Below are positions 39,859 to 49,691 of a stretch of DNA of 64,000 nucleotides, one piece after another. The DNA lies in contig JBFXCK010000001.1 of NCBI GenBank assembly GCA_050182275.1, forward strand, positions 128,096 through 192,095, given 5' to 3'. The DNA comes from Dongiaceae bacterium. GTDB taxonomy: Bacteria > Pseudomonadota > Alphaproteobacteria > SHNJ01. The position numbers were made by a program, and so were the translations under genes. A model generated the notes under the pieces. That model made no database searches. It was not told the origin of the DNA and saw only the letters and a list, made by a program, of their open reading frames with translations. Each line of letters opens with the position of its first letter. Position 1 is the first letter of the stretch.

Positions 39859-41691
39859 ATGATAATGAAAAACCCGTCTTATTTTATTCCTCAGCACCAA
39901 GAAACCACTTGGGTTCTTTACCGCCGTTTATGGCAAGATCATATCCGCCATTACCGGCATTGGATGGTGGGAGCGCTTATTTTAATGGCGCTGGTGGCGG
40001 GTTCCACGGCGGCGATCGCCAAATTGATTCAGCCGATTTTGGATAAAGTATTTATCGAGCGTGATCCAACCGCCTTGTGGACCATCGGCTCTTTGGTGTT
40101 GCTGACTTTCATGATCCGCGGTTTCGCCACTTTCGGCCAGAACATGGTGATGAGCGCGTTCGGCAACCGTATCGTCACCGACATTCAAAAACGGCTTTTC
40201 GCGCACGTGATTTATTTGGATTTGGGGTTTTTCTATAATAATTCAACCGGCGTTTTGCTTTCACGCTTTAGCAATGACATCACCATGTTGCGCTCGGTTG
40301 TGTCGAACACTTTAACCGGTTTCGGCAAAGACAGCATGACTTTGATATTCCTGGTCGCGCTTATGTTCCATCAAGATCCATTCTTGGCCTTTATTACTTT
40401 ATTTGTGTTTCCCATCGGCGCTTATCCGATTATCGTTTTGGGCAAGAAGCTCCGCAAATTGGTCGATAAAACCCAGGGCGTGATGGAGCGCACCACCACC
40501 GTGTTGGAGCAGGTTTTCAGCGGTATCCGCCATGTGAAAGCCTATGGCATGGAGGAAGAAGAAAATACCAGGCTCAGGCGGATTTTAGATGAATTTTACC
40601 GCCTGACCCAGCGCGCGCAGCGCAACCGTTCGATTTTATATCCGATCGTCGAAACATTGGGAGGCTTAACGGTGGTGACGGTGATTGTCTATGGCGGCTT
40701 GCAAGTGATTGAGGGCACCCGCACGACAGGCGCCTTTTTCTCTTTCGTCACCGCTTTTTTATTATCTTACGAGCCGTTTAAAAATATCGCCCGCCTTAAT
40801 AGTTCGATTCAAGAGGGCATGGCCGCCGCGCAGCGTTTGTATAATTTCCTGGCCGTGAAGCCATCTATCACCAATAAGCCCAACGCCATTGCCGTGCCGC
40901 CCGGCCAGCCGGTGATCGAACTTAAAAATGTGGTGTTCTCTTACGAAGAAAAACGTCCGGCTTTGCGCGGCGTCAGTTTGAAAGTGCCGCCCGGCAAAAC
41001 CGCGGCTTTGGTGGGATTAAGCGGTTCGGGCAAGACCACAATTTTAAATCTGATCCCGCGCTTTTTCGACGTCGATCAGGGCGCCGTGCTGATCAATAAC
41101 GCCGATGTGCGCGATGTGACCCTGGAATCGTTGCGGGCGTCGATTGCCTTGGTCAGCCAGGAAATTATTTTGTTCGATGATACGGTGCGCGTCAATATCG
41201 GCTATGGCAAGCCGGGCGCCAGTGAAGAAGAAATCATCGCCGCCGCCACTACTGCCGGGGCGCATGAATTTATTAAAGCCTTGCCGCAAGGCTATGACAC
41301 GCTGGTGGGCACGCAAGGCTTGCAATTGTCGGGCGGCCAGCGCCAACGCGTGGCGATTGCGCGCGCCATGCTGAAAAACGCGCCGGTGCTATTGCTGGAT
41401 GAGGCAACCAGCGCGCTTGACACGCAATCCGAACGGTATGTTCAGGCGGCGTTGAAGGTGTTGATGAAGGGGCGTACTACTATTGTGGTGGCGCACCGTT
41501 TATCGACCATTTTAGATGCCGATATTATTTATGTCATGGACCAGGGTTTGATGATCGAATCCGGAACGCATCAGGAATTGCTGGCGAAGGACGGAGCCTA
41601 TGCGCAATTGCACCGCCTGCAATTCGCCGCCGAAAAAAATGATGATGAAGATTATTCCTTAACCACGCTGGCGGCCAATGCGGCAGTATAA
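39859..41691 (+). CDS. ABC transporter permease/ATPase fusion protein (MsbA-like lipid A exporter).
   Basis: Six transmembrane segments, then a nucleotide-binding domain with Walker A GLSGSGKTT, signature LSGGQRQRVAIARA and Walker B LLLDEATSALD. Located upstream of the DUF374-waaA-lpxK genes. Confidence 0.9.
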   Translation: MIMKNPSYFIPQHQETTWVLYRRLWQDHIRHYRHWMVGALILMALVAGSTAAIAKLIQPILDKVFIERDPTALWTIGSLVLLTFMIRGFATFGQNMVMSAFGNRIVTDIQKRLFAHVIYLDLGFFYNNSTGVLLSRFSNDITMLRSVVSNTLTGFGKDSMTLIFLVALMFHQDPFLAFITLFVFPIGAYPIIVLGKKLRKLVDKTQGVMERTTTVLEQVFSGIRHVKAYGMEEEENTRLRRILDEFYRLTQRAQRNRSILYPIVETLGGLTVVTVIVYGGLQVIEGTRTTGAFFSFVTAFLLSYEPFKNIARLNSSIQEGMAAAQRLYNFLAVKPSITNKPNAIAVPPGQPVIELKNVVFSYEEKRPALRGVSLKVPPGKTAALVGLSGSGKTTILNLIPRFFDVDQGAVLINNADVRDVTLESLRASIALVSQEIILFDDTVRVNIGYGKPGASEEEIIAAATTAGAHEFIKALPQGYDTLVGTQGLQLSGGQRQRVAIARAMLKNAPVLLLDEATSALDTQSERYVQAALKVLMKGRTTIVVAHRLSTILDADIIYVMDQGLMIESGTHQELLAKDGAYAQLHRLQFAAEKNDDEDYSLTTLAANAAV

Positions 41692-42385
41692 GAAATGGCT
41701 TCAACAAACTTGGGTGCAGGAAATGGCGGCCTTTGCCGCCAGCCTTTATATCCGCTTGGTATATCTGACCAGTTCCTGGAAATTTATCAATGCCCATGTG
41801 CCGCAAAACTATTGGGATCAAGGCAAGCCTTTTATTTTATGTTTTTGGCATAACCGTTTGCTATTGATGCCCCATAGCTGGCGGAGCAAACAAAAAATGC
41901 GCATGCTGATTTCCGCGCACCGCGACGGCCAGTTGATTTCCCGCACGATCGCGCATTTTGGCCTTGAAACCATCGCCGGTTCTTCGTCCAAGGGCGGGCA
42001 GCAAGCCTTCCGGCAAATGGCAAAGTCCTTAAAGCAAGGCGAGTCAGTTGGCATTACGCCCGATGGGCCGCGCGGGCCGCGCCAGCGCGCCAGCCTAGGC
42101 GCCGTGCAATTGGCGATGTTAAGCGGCGCTGCGCTGATTCCGGTAACGGTTGCGACCTCTAAGCGCAAATTATTGAGAAGCTGGGATAGGTTTGTAATTA
42201 ACCTGCCTTTTAGCCAAGGGGTTTATTACTGGGGCGAGCCCATCCAGCTAGGCAAGGATGATGATATCGAAGCCTTACGCCAACGGCTTGAGGCCGCCCT
42301 CAACATTATTAGCGCCGAGGCCGATCAATTATGCGGGCAAGCGCCTATACCACCGGCCGAAATTGAGCTACAAACGGCGGCATGA
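41678..42385 (+). CDS. DUF374 / lysophospholipid-acyltransferase-like protein.
   Basis: The conserved alphaproteobacterial gene preceding waaA. 235 aa. Confidence 0.7.
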   Translation: MRQYKKWLQQTWVQEMAAFAASLYIRLVYLTSSWKFINAHVPQNYWDQGKPFILCFWHNRLLLMPHSWRSKQKMRMLISAHRDGQLISRTIAHFGLETIAGSSSKGGQQAFRQMAKSLKQGESVGITPDGPRGPRQRASLGAVQLAMLSGAALIPVTVATSKRKLLRSWDRFVINLPFSQGVYYWGEPIQLGKDDDIEALRQRLEAALNIISAEADQLCGQAPIPPAEIELQTAA

Positions 42386-43665
42386 TGCTGTATCGTTTGT
42401 ACCGGATATTAACGCGGCTGTTGGGCCCTTTCTGGCGGCTGTCTTTGCAGCGCAGGCTGATTCAAGGCAAGGAAGAAGCCGGCCGATTGCCGGAGCGCTG
42501 GGGGGCGGCTACTCAATCGCGTCCTCATGGCTCCGTGATTTGGTGTCACGCGGCCAGCGTAGGGGAAACGCTTTCGGCGCTTCCCTTGCTGCACAGAATT
42601 TTGGCGGAATATCCCGCATTGAATATTTTGCTGACTACCGGCACCGTTACTTCCGCCGAATTGGTGAAGCGCCAGCCACACGAACGATTGATTCATCAAT
42701 ATGCCCCCTTAGATGTGCCGAAATGGGTGGACCGTTTTCTTAATCATTGGCGTCCCTCCTTGGCGATTTGGATCGAATCCGAATTATGGCCGAATATGCT
42801 TTTAAGTTTGCGCCCCCGGAATATTCCGGCCGTGTTATTAAATGCTAAATTATCGCCTGGTTCTTTCCGCCGCTGGCAAATGGCTCCAGCTTTGGCGGGG
42901 ATGATGATGGGCGCGTTTCATAAAATCTTGGCGCAAGACCAGGCCTATGCCGAACGTTTTAAAGCTTTAGGGGCGCGGCAGGCGGCGGTGGCCGGTAATT
43001 TGAAAGAAGCCGCCTCTTCTCTTGGCTATCATGAAGCCGAAGCGTTGGTTTTGGCGCGGCAAATCGGCGACAGGCCGCGTTGGCTTGTCGCCAGCACGCA
43101 TTTTCCCGAAGAAAATTTGGCAGCGAATGCGCATAAAAACTTAAGGAAGAAATTTCCGGATTTCTTAACTACGATTGTACCGCGCCATCCCAGCCGCGGC
43201 GCGCAAATTGCCGAAGAGTTGCGGGCGCAAAAAATAAAAATTGCACAGCGCAGCAAGGGCGAGGCGATTTCCGCCGATACCGAAATTTATTTAGCCGACA
43301 CGCTAGGCGAGCTTGGATTATTTTTTAAAACCCATCCTATTGTTTTCATGGGCGGAAGCTTGGCCCCTATCGGTGGGCATAATTTATTAGAGCCGGCGCG
43401 CTTTGGCGCGGCCATTTTGCATGGCCCTTATATGCATAATTTTTTGGCGATGAAACAGGAATTCGCCCAAAACCAGGCCGCCCTTTCGATTGAAGATATA
43501 CAAAGCTTGATTGGAAATGTGGAAAATCTATTATCAAATCCCTTATCGGTAAAAGCTTATGGCGAGCGCGCCGCTCAATTGGCGCAAGGCAAAGGTAAAA
43601 TTTTGGAAACGGTAATGACGGAACTCTCTTCTTTACTGGCCGAGGCGGCAAATGCGCGCTCCTGA
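42382..43665 (+). CDS. waaA: 3-deoxy-D-manno-octulosonic acid (Kdo) transferase.
   Basis: N-terminal GPFWRL..HGSVIWCHAASVGE motif. 427 aa. Confidence 0.9.
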   Translation: MMLYRLYRILTRLLGPFWRLSLQRRLIQGKEEAGRLPERWGAATQSRPHGSVIWCHAASVGETLSALPLLHRILAEYPALNILLTTGTVTSAELVKRQPHERLIHQYAPLDVPKWVDRFLNHWRPSLAIWIESELWPNMLLSLRPRNIPAVLLNAKLSPGSFRRWQMAPALAGMMMGAFHKILAQDQAYAERFKALGARQAAVAGNLKEAASSLGYHEAEALVLARQIGDRPRWLVASTHFPEENLAANAHKNLRKKFPDFLTTIVPRHPSRGAQIAEELRAQKIKIAQRSKGEAISADTEIYLADTLGELGLFFKTHPIVFMGGSLAPIGGHNLLEPARFGAAILHGPYMHNFLAMKQEFAQNQAALSIEDIQSLIGNVENLLSNPLSVKAYGERAAQLAQGKGKILETVMTELSSLLAEAANARS

Positions 43666-44617
43666 ATTTTGGGATAAAAATTGCGCTGCTGCGGTCACTT
43701 TCGCGCCGCTGGGATGGATTTATGGCGCGCTTGGCCGTTTGCGCCGCGCTTTAGCAACCCCTTACCGGGCGGGTGCGCCGGTTATTTGCATCGGCAATGT
43801 AGTGGCGGGCGGGGCGGGGAAAACGCCGGTGGCTTTGGCGGTAGCCAAATATTTGCAGGCTAAGGGGCGCATTGTTCATTTTTTATCTTACGGCTATGGC
43901 GGCCTTGAGGAAGGGCCATTATTGGTCGATCCTTTGCGCCATAGCGCGGTTGATGTGGGGGATGAAGCATTATTGCTGGCGCGGCAAGCCCCAACCTGGA
44001 TCGGTCATGACCGCAAATCAGCCGCCAGATTGGCGGTGGAAGATGGCGCTGAAATTTTGATCATGGATGATGGTTTTCAATATCCATTTTTATATAAAGA
44101 TATTTCTATTCTGGTGGTTGATGGCCAATATGGATTGGGAAACGGCTATCTCATTCCAGCCGGCCCTTTGCGCGAGCGCCTAAAGGACGCTTTGCTCCGC
44201 GCCGCCGCCGTCATTCGTATGGGGGAAGATAGCAGCGGTATTGACGCGAAGTTGGGCGGCGCTAAGAAAATTTGGGAAGCAAAGCTGATGGCGCCGGAGA
44301 TCGAGCGAAAACGCTGGCAAGGCAAAAAAGTGGTGGCGTTCGCTGCGATCGGCCGCCCGGCCAAATTTTTCGCCACATTAAAAAATTTGGGTGCTGAAAT
44401 TATCGCAACCCATGCTTTTCCCGATCACCATCTTTTCGCCACTTGGGAATTGCCCTTGATTTTGGATCAGGCGCGCAAAAATGGGGCGGTTGCGGTGACT
44501 ACCCAAAAAGATGCGGTCAGGATTGATCCGTTATTGCGCCAGCAAATCGAAATCTTGCCGGTTGATGCAGTATTTACCGATGATAAGGCGCTGGATCAAA
44601 TATTGGGCGCTATTTAA
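43652..44617 (+). CDS. lpxK: Tetraacyldisaccharide 4'-kinase.
   Basis: P-loop IGNVVAGGAGKTP. 321 aa. Confidence 0.9.
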   Translation: MRAPEFWDKNCAAAVTFAPLGWIYGALGRLRRALATPYRAGAPVICIGNVVAGGAGKTPVALAVAKYLQAKGRIVHFLSYGYGGLEEGPLLVDPLRHSAVDVGDEALLLARQAPTWIGHDRKSAARLAVEDGAEILIMDDGFQYPFLYKDISILVVDGQYGLGNGYLIPAGPLRERLKDALLRAAAVIRMGEDSSGIDAKLGGAKKIWEAKLMAPEIERKRWQGKKVVAFAAIGRPAKFFATLKNLGAEIIATHAFPDHHLFATWELPLILDQARKNGAVAVTTQKDAVRIDPLLRQQIEILPVDAVFTDDKALDQILGAI

Positions 44618-45872
44618 CCTTGGCGGCGATTTCGCCATCTTGCAATTGAATCGATATATCTTGGCCGGCTTTGACTTTTTTAACGCTGGTAACCGGTTTG
44701 CCGCCATTATCGCGCACCAAGGCAAAGCCGCGCGCCAGCGTATGGGTATAAGAAAAACTTTCCAATAAAGCGCCTTGGTGCCGCAATTCTTGTGCGGCGT
44801 GCTTCACATAATTTTGAATTAAGGGCGTAATATTGGCTTGGCGTAAGAAACGCTGTTGGCTTTTAGCCAAGATATTGCGCGTGGCGCCCGTCATGATTTC
44901 CAGCATGTGATCGAGGCGCTGTTGCAGATTATTTAAATATTGCCTGGGCTCTACCAAGCTGCGGCTTAAAATCGCCAGACGTTCGCGGGGATGCTGCAGG
45001 GCGCGCATCATCGAATTTTGCAAACGGTGTTGTTGATGGCCAAGGGCCGCTAATAATTCGGCGCGTACCGGAACGGCGATTTCCGCGGCCGCTGTTGGGG
45101 TGGGGGCCCGGCGGTCGGCTGCGAAATCGATCAACGTGGTGTCGGTTTCATGCCCAACCGCGCTGATGACCGGAATTTCAGAACGCGCTACCGCGCGTAC
45201 TACGATTTCCTCGTTAAAGCACCATAAATCTTCCACACTGCCGCCACCGCGCGCCACGATCAGCACATCAGGGCGTTTGGTTAAGGCATTAAAGCCATCC
45301 AAGGCCGCCACAATTTGTCCGGCGGCCGCATCACCCTGCACGGCGACTGGCCATACGATGACATTTACCGGAAAACGTTCTTCCAAACGGTGCAAGATAT
45401 CGCGGATTACAACGCCGGTTGGGGAAGTGATGACGCCGATCAGCTTTGGCAAAAAAGGCAAGGGCTTTTTGCGCGCGGCGTCGAATAAACCTTCGGCGGC
45501 CAATTTTTTGCGGCGCTCTTCCAGTAATTTTAATAAAGCGCCGATACCGGCGGCTTCAACCAGCTCGACAATCAATTGATATTTCGATTGCCCGCCATAA
45601 GTGGAAATTTTTCCGGTGACAATCACTTCCAACCCGGTTTCGGGTTTTACTTTTAAGCGCCCGGCATTGCCACGCCAGCAAACGGCGTCCAGCACGGCGC
45701 CTTCATCTTTGATGGTGAAATATAAATGGCCGGAGGAATGCAAGGTGACTTTGGAAACCTCGCCCCGCACCCGCACGCGTTCGAACGAACCTTCGATCAC
45801 GCGCTTAACCGCGCCGGAAATCTCGGATACGCTGAATTCGGGAATATTATTGGGGGATGGTAAAACGCTCAT
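44610..45872 (-). CDS. xseA: Exodeoxyribonuclease VII large subunit.
   Basis: OB-fold N-terminus followed by the catalytic region (ARGGGSVEDLWCFNEE). Confidence 0.9.
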   Translation of the reverse strand: MSVLPSPNNIPEFSVSEISGAVKRVIEGSFERVRVRGEVSKVTLHSSGHLYFTIKDEGAVLDAVCWRGNAGRLKVKPETGLEVIVTGKISTYGGQSKYQLIVELVEAAGIGALLKLLEERRKKLAAEGLFDAARKKPLPFLPKLIGVITSPTGVVIRDILHRLEERFPVNVIVWPVAVQGDAAAGQIVAALDGFNALTKRPDVLIVARGGGSVEDLWCFNEEIVVRAVARSEIPVISAVGHETDTTLIDFAADRRAPTPTAAAEIAVPVRAELLAALGHQQHRLQNSMMRALQHPRERLAILSRSLVEPRQYLNNLQQRLDHMLEIMTGATRNILAKSQQRFLRQANITPLIQNYVKHAAQELRHQGALLESFSYTHTLARGFALVRDNGGKPVTSVKKVKAGQDISIQLQDGEIAAKVK

Positions 45873-45910
45873 TTCCGGCTATACTAGCCGCTTTCGTAAA
45901 GGCTTCAACT

Positions 45911-47179
45911 ATGAAAATTCTGATCATCGGCGGCGGAGCGCGGGAACATGCCATTTGTTGGGCGATCGCCAAATCGCCCTTAAAGCCCAAAATTTATTGC
46001 GCCCCCGGCAATGCGGGCATTTCCCAAATTGCCGAAAATGTGCCGATCAAGGTTGAAGACGATAAAGCGCTGGTCGAGTTCGCCAAAACCAATCAAATCG
46101 ATTTCGTCGTGGTTAGCCCCGATGGGCCGCTGGTTGCGGGCTTGGTTGATAAAATGCAGGCGGCAGGTTTAAAAACTTTTGGGCCAAGCGCTGCCGCGGC
46201 GCGCCTGGAAGGTTCAAAAGCCTTCACCAAAGATTTATGCCGCCGCTATAATATTCCAACCGCGCGCTATTCCCGCTTTACCGATTTACGAAAAGCCGAA
46301 GCTTTTATCAGTAACATGATTCCGCCGATTGTGATCAAGGCCGACGGCCTGGCGCTGGGCAAAGGCGTGATGATCGCTGAAAGCGCGGCAGATGCCTTTG
46401 CAGCGGCGGCCCGTTTAATGCCAATCAGCGGTGAAATTATTGTCGAGGAATTTTTGCATGGCCAGGAACTAAGCCTGTTTGCCTTTGTGGCCGGCGATCA
46501 AACATTGTTTTTCACCACAGCCCAAGACCATAAGCGCGCTTTTGATGGCGATCATGGCCCCAACACCGGCGGCATGGGCGCTTATTCCCCGGCACCCTTT
46601 GTCACGCAAATTTTGCAGCAAGAAATTATGGAGCGCATTATCAATCCAACGGCGCGGGCGATGGTGGAAATGGGTGCGCCCTTTTACGGCATGCTGTATG
46701 CCGGCTTGATGCTGACCGATAAAGGCCCTTATTTGATCGAGTATAATGCGCGGCTGGGCGATCCTGAGTGCCAAGTCATGCTGCCGCGGTTGAAAACCGA
46801 TTTCTTAAGCGTGTTGCAGGCGGTGGCCGGCCGTAATTTAAACGGCATTAAATTGGAATGGCATTCCAACTACACGCTGGGCGTGGTTTACGCCGCCAAA
46901 GGTTATCCCGATGCGCCGCAAAAAGGCACCGTAATTCGTAATCTTGAAAAGGCCGCCAAAAAATCGCTTGTATTTCATTATTCCACTAAATACCAAGGCA
47001 ATGATCTCATCGCCGATGGCGGGCGCGTCTTGACTATTGTGGGTCAAGCCTCAAGCTTAGAGGCCGCAGCCAGTCAGGCTTACGGCGCGATTCAGCAAAT
47101 CGATTGGGAAGGCGGTTTTTACCGCCGTGATATCGGTTGGCGCGCTTTGGGGCCGGCCAATAAATCGGCCAGAGCCTAG
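45911..47179 (+). CDS. purD: Phosphoribosylamine–glycine ligase.
   Basis: Start [15 protein letters not shown] is the typical PurD N-terminus. The ORF-track start at 45857 would overlap the divergent xseA start. Confidence 0.95.
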   Translation: MKILIIGGGAREHAICWAIAKSPLKPKIYCAPGNAGISQIAENVPIKVEDDKALVEFAKTNQIDFVVVSPDGPLVAGLVDKMQAAGLKTFGPSAAAARLEGSKAFTKDLCRRYNIPTARYSRFTDLRKAEAFISNMIPPIVIKADGLALGKGVMIAESAADAFAAAARLMPISGEIIVEEFLHGQELSLFAFVAGDQTLFFTTAQDHKRAFDGDHGPNTGGMGAYSPAPFVTQILQQEIMERIINPTARAMVEMGAPFYGMLYAGLMLTDKGPYLIEYNARLGDPECQVMLPRLKTDFLSVLQAVAGRNLNGIKLEWHSNYTLGVVYAAKGYPDAPQKGTVIRNLEKAAKKSLVFHYSTKYQGNDLIADGGRVLTIVGQASSLEAAASQAYGAIQQIDWEGGFYRRDIGWRALGPANKSARA

Positions 47180-47622
47180 CGCAAAGCCTTAAAAAAATCC
47201 TGCAATAATTTTCCGGCTTCTTGCTCATTGATGCCGCCGTACACCGCGGGCTTGTGATGGCAGGCCGGATGGCTAAACACGCGGGCGCCATGGTCAACCC
47301 CGCCGCCCTTAGGATCATAAGCGCCGAAATATAATTGGCCAATACGGGCGTGGGAAATGGCGGCAGCGCACATGGCGCAAGGTTCCAGCGAAACATAGAT
47401 ATCGCATTCATCTAAAACCGCCTGATCCAAAATCAGGCTGGCGCGGCGCAAAGCTAAAAGTTCGGCATGGGCGGTTGGGTCTTTTAAGGCCTCGACCTCA
47501 TTATGCGCTTCGGCGATAATTTTTTTGGAATGGCGGTTGATGACGACCGCGCCAACCGGCACTTCGCCTTGCTGGGCTGCTTGGGTGGCCAATTCCAATG
47601 CGCGCTGCATAAATTTATCCAT
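47176..47622 (-). CDS. tadA: tRNA-specific adenosine deaminase.
   Basis: CMP/dCMP deaminase zinc motifs HAELLAL and PCAMCAAA. Confidence 0.9.
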   Translation of the reverse strand: MDKFMQRALELATQAAQQGEVPVGAVVINRHSKKIIAEAHNEVEALKDPTAHAELLALRRASLILDQAVLDECDIYVSLEPCAMCAAAISHARIGQLYFGAYDPKGGGVDHGARVFSHPACHHKPAVYGGINEQEAGKLLQDFFKALR

Positions 47623-47677
47623 GAAGCATAGAACGCAAGGATTGCGCCCGCGTCAAGTCTAGAGTAAAACTTAAAGA

Positions 47678-48409
47678 ATGGATTTATCCGCCCCCCTTAT
47701 CGGCATTACCTTGGATAGCGAGCCCGGCTTGAATCAGCAGGGCCAAGGTTTTTCGCGCTATCCCTGGTACGCGGCCCGCGCCAACTATGCCAGCGCCGTC
47801 GCTAAAGCTGGGGGAATGCCGATTTTCCTGCCCTATCAAACCGAGTATATCCAAAGCTATATCAATCTAATCAAAGGCTTGTTGATCATCGGGGGCGATG
47901 CCGATGTTGATCCTTTATTTTACGGCGAAAAAATCACCAGCGACAAGGTAAAATTAAAACCGGAACGCACCCGTTTTGAAATGGAATTGGCCAAGGCCGC
48001 CTGGAAAAAAGATATGCCGCTCTTAGCCGTCTGTGGCGGTATGCAGCTTTTAAATGCCGTACGCGGCGGAAGTTTGATTCAGCATATACCCGATAGCGTG
48101 CCCAATGCCTTAGCGCATGAACAGCCGAACCCGCGCACCGAAACCAGCCATACCGTAAAGCTGGCGCCTAAAAGCAAGCTGAGGGAGTGGGCCAAAGCCG
48201 AGGAGAGCCCGGTTAACAGCGCGCATCATCAGGCAGTTAAAAATCCGGCCGAAGATGCGCTGGTGGCCGCCACTGCAGCCGACGGCGTGATCGAGGCTCT
48301 GGAATGGCCAAAACGCCGTTTTACCATGGCGGTGCAATGGCATCCGGAATTTTTAATCACGCCGCTGGACCGCGCGATTTTCGAGCATTTCATCAAAGCC
48401 TGCCAATGA
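47678..48409 (+). CDS. Class-I glutamine amidotransferase of the gamma-glutamyl-GABA hydrolase (PuuD / peptidase C26) family.
   Basis: Catalytic Cys context LLAVCGGMQLL and a C-terminal His (WHPE). Confidence 0.8.
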   Translation: MDLSAPLIGITLDSEPGLNQQGQGFSRYPWYAARANYASAVAKAGGMPIFLPYQTEYIQSYINLIKGLLIIGGDADVDPLFYGEKITSDKVKLKPERTRFEMELAKAAWKKDMPLLAVCGGMQLLNAVRGGSLIQHIPDSVPNALAHEQPNPRTETSHTVKLAPKSKLREWAKAEESPVNSAHHQAVKNPAEDALVAATAADGVIEALEWPKRRFTMAVQWHPEFLITPLDRAIFEHFIKACQ

Positions 48410-49137
48410 GTGAAAAAACCGGCGAACGCATTGCCAAGCGCATGGCCGCCGCCGGCCTTGCTTCCCGACGTCAGGCGGAAGAATGGATTGCCGCCAAGCG
48501 CGTACGCGTGAATGGAAAAATCATCACCAGCCCCGCGCTTAATGTAACGGCCGAAGATGAAATCATGGTTGATGGCGAAGCGCTGCCCAGCCTGCCGCCG
48601 CCGCGTTTGTGGCGGTATCATAAACCTTCCGGCCTAGTCACCACGCACCGTGATCCGAAAGGCCGTAAAACCGTGTTTGATATGCTACCCAAGCAATTGG
48701 GCCGGGTAATCTCGGTCGGGCGGCTTGATTTGAATAGCGAGGGTTTATTATTGCTTACTAATAGCGGTGAGTTGGCGCGCTATATGGAATTGCCCTCTAC
48801 AGGCTGGGTGCGCCGCTATCAGGTGCGCACTTATGGAACATTGAAAAAAGATTTAACCAAAAAATTGGCCGAAGGCGTTACCGTTGACGGCGTCGTTTAT
48901 GCGCCGATTAAGGCTGAAATCGAATCGCAAAAGAGCGCCAATAGCTGGATGACGCTTTCTTTGCAAGAGGGCAAGAACCGCGAAATCCGCAAAGTCTTGG
49001 CGCATTTCGAATTAAAGGTGAACCGTTTAATCCGGCTTTCTTATGGACCGTTTCAATTGGGCAATTTGCCTTTGGGCGGAATTGATGAAGTGCCGGGCAA
49101 AGTTTTACGCGAACAATTGGGCGGTTTTTTTAAATGA
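48406..49137 (+). CDS. rRNA pseudouridine synthase (RsuA/RluB family).
   Basis: S4 domain N-terminus (RIAKRMAAAGLASRRQAEEWI) and catalytic VGRLDLNSEGLLLLTN. The likely start is MSEKTGERIA at 48406, giving an ATGA overlap; the ORF-track start is 48304. Confidence 0.85.
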   Translation: MSEKTGERIAKRMAAAGLASRRQAEEWIAAKRVRVNGKIITSPALNVTAEDEIMVDGEALPSLPPPRLWRYHKPSGLVTTHRDPKGRKTVFDMLPKQLGRVISVGRLDLNSEGLLLLTNSGELARYMELPSTGWVRRYQVRTYGTLKKDLTKKLAEGVTVDGVVYAPIKAEIESQKSANSWMTLSLQEGKNREIRKVLAHFELKVNRLIRLSYGPFQLGNLPLGGIDEVPGKVLREQLGGFFK

Positions 49138-49691
49138 GAATCGTTAGCGGCAAATTGCGCGCCCGAAAGTTGGAATGCCCCGCTGACGCGCCCACACGCC
49201 CCATGGCCGACCGCCCGCGCCAGGCTTTGTTCAATGTGCTGGATCACGGCAAGCCAGCCGAGGGCGGCAATCCTTATATCGGCGAACATGTGCTGGATGC
49301 GTTCGCCGGCACCGGGGCATTGGGAATCGAAGCGTTATCGCGCGGCGCCAAATTCGCGACATTTTTAGACCTTGATACGCGGGCGGTTGAAATCAATATC
49401 AAAAACCTAAGCCTGCAAAACCAGGCGGTTATTTTCCGGGCTGATGCCACCAAGCCGCCGCCCGCCCAGGAAAGCGCGGCGCTGATATTTCTGGCCCCGC
49501 CCTACCGTCAAGGCCTGATCGAACCCGCTTTTACGGCGCTTCAGGCTAAAAACTGGTTTAAAAAGAACGCTTTGATTGTTGCGGAATGGGCCAAGGATGA
49601 AGTAGCGCCGGCTTTGGAAAATACCGACATGCTTGATCAAAGAAGTTATGGATTGGTGCAAATCGGGTTTTTTAGATTTAGCGCCGCTTAA
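49134..49691 (+). CDS. rsmD: 16S rRNA (guanine966-N2)-methyltransferase.
   Basis: RsmD family motifs VLDAFAGTGALGIEALSRGA and FLAPPY. Confidence 0.85.
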   Translation: MRIVSGKLRARKLECPADAPTRPMADRPRQALFNVLDHGKPAEGGNPYIGEHVLDAFAGTGALGIEALSRGAKFATFLDLDTRAVEINIKNLSLQNQAVIFRADATKPPPAQESAALIFLAPPYRQGLIEPAFTALQAKNWFKKNALIVAEWAKDEVAPALENTDMLDQRSYGLVQIGFFRFSAA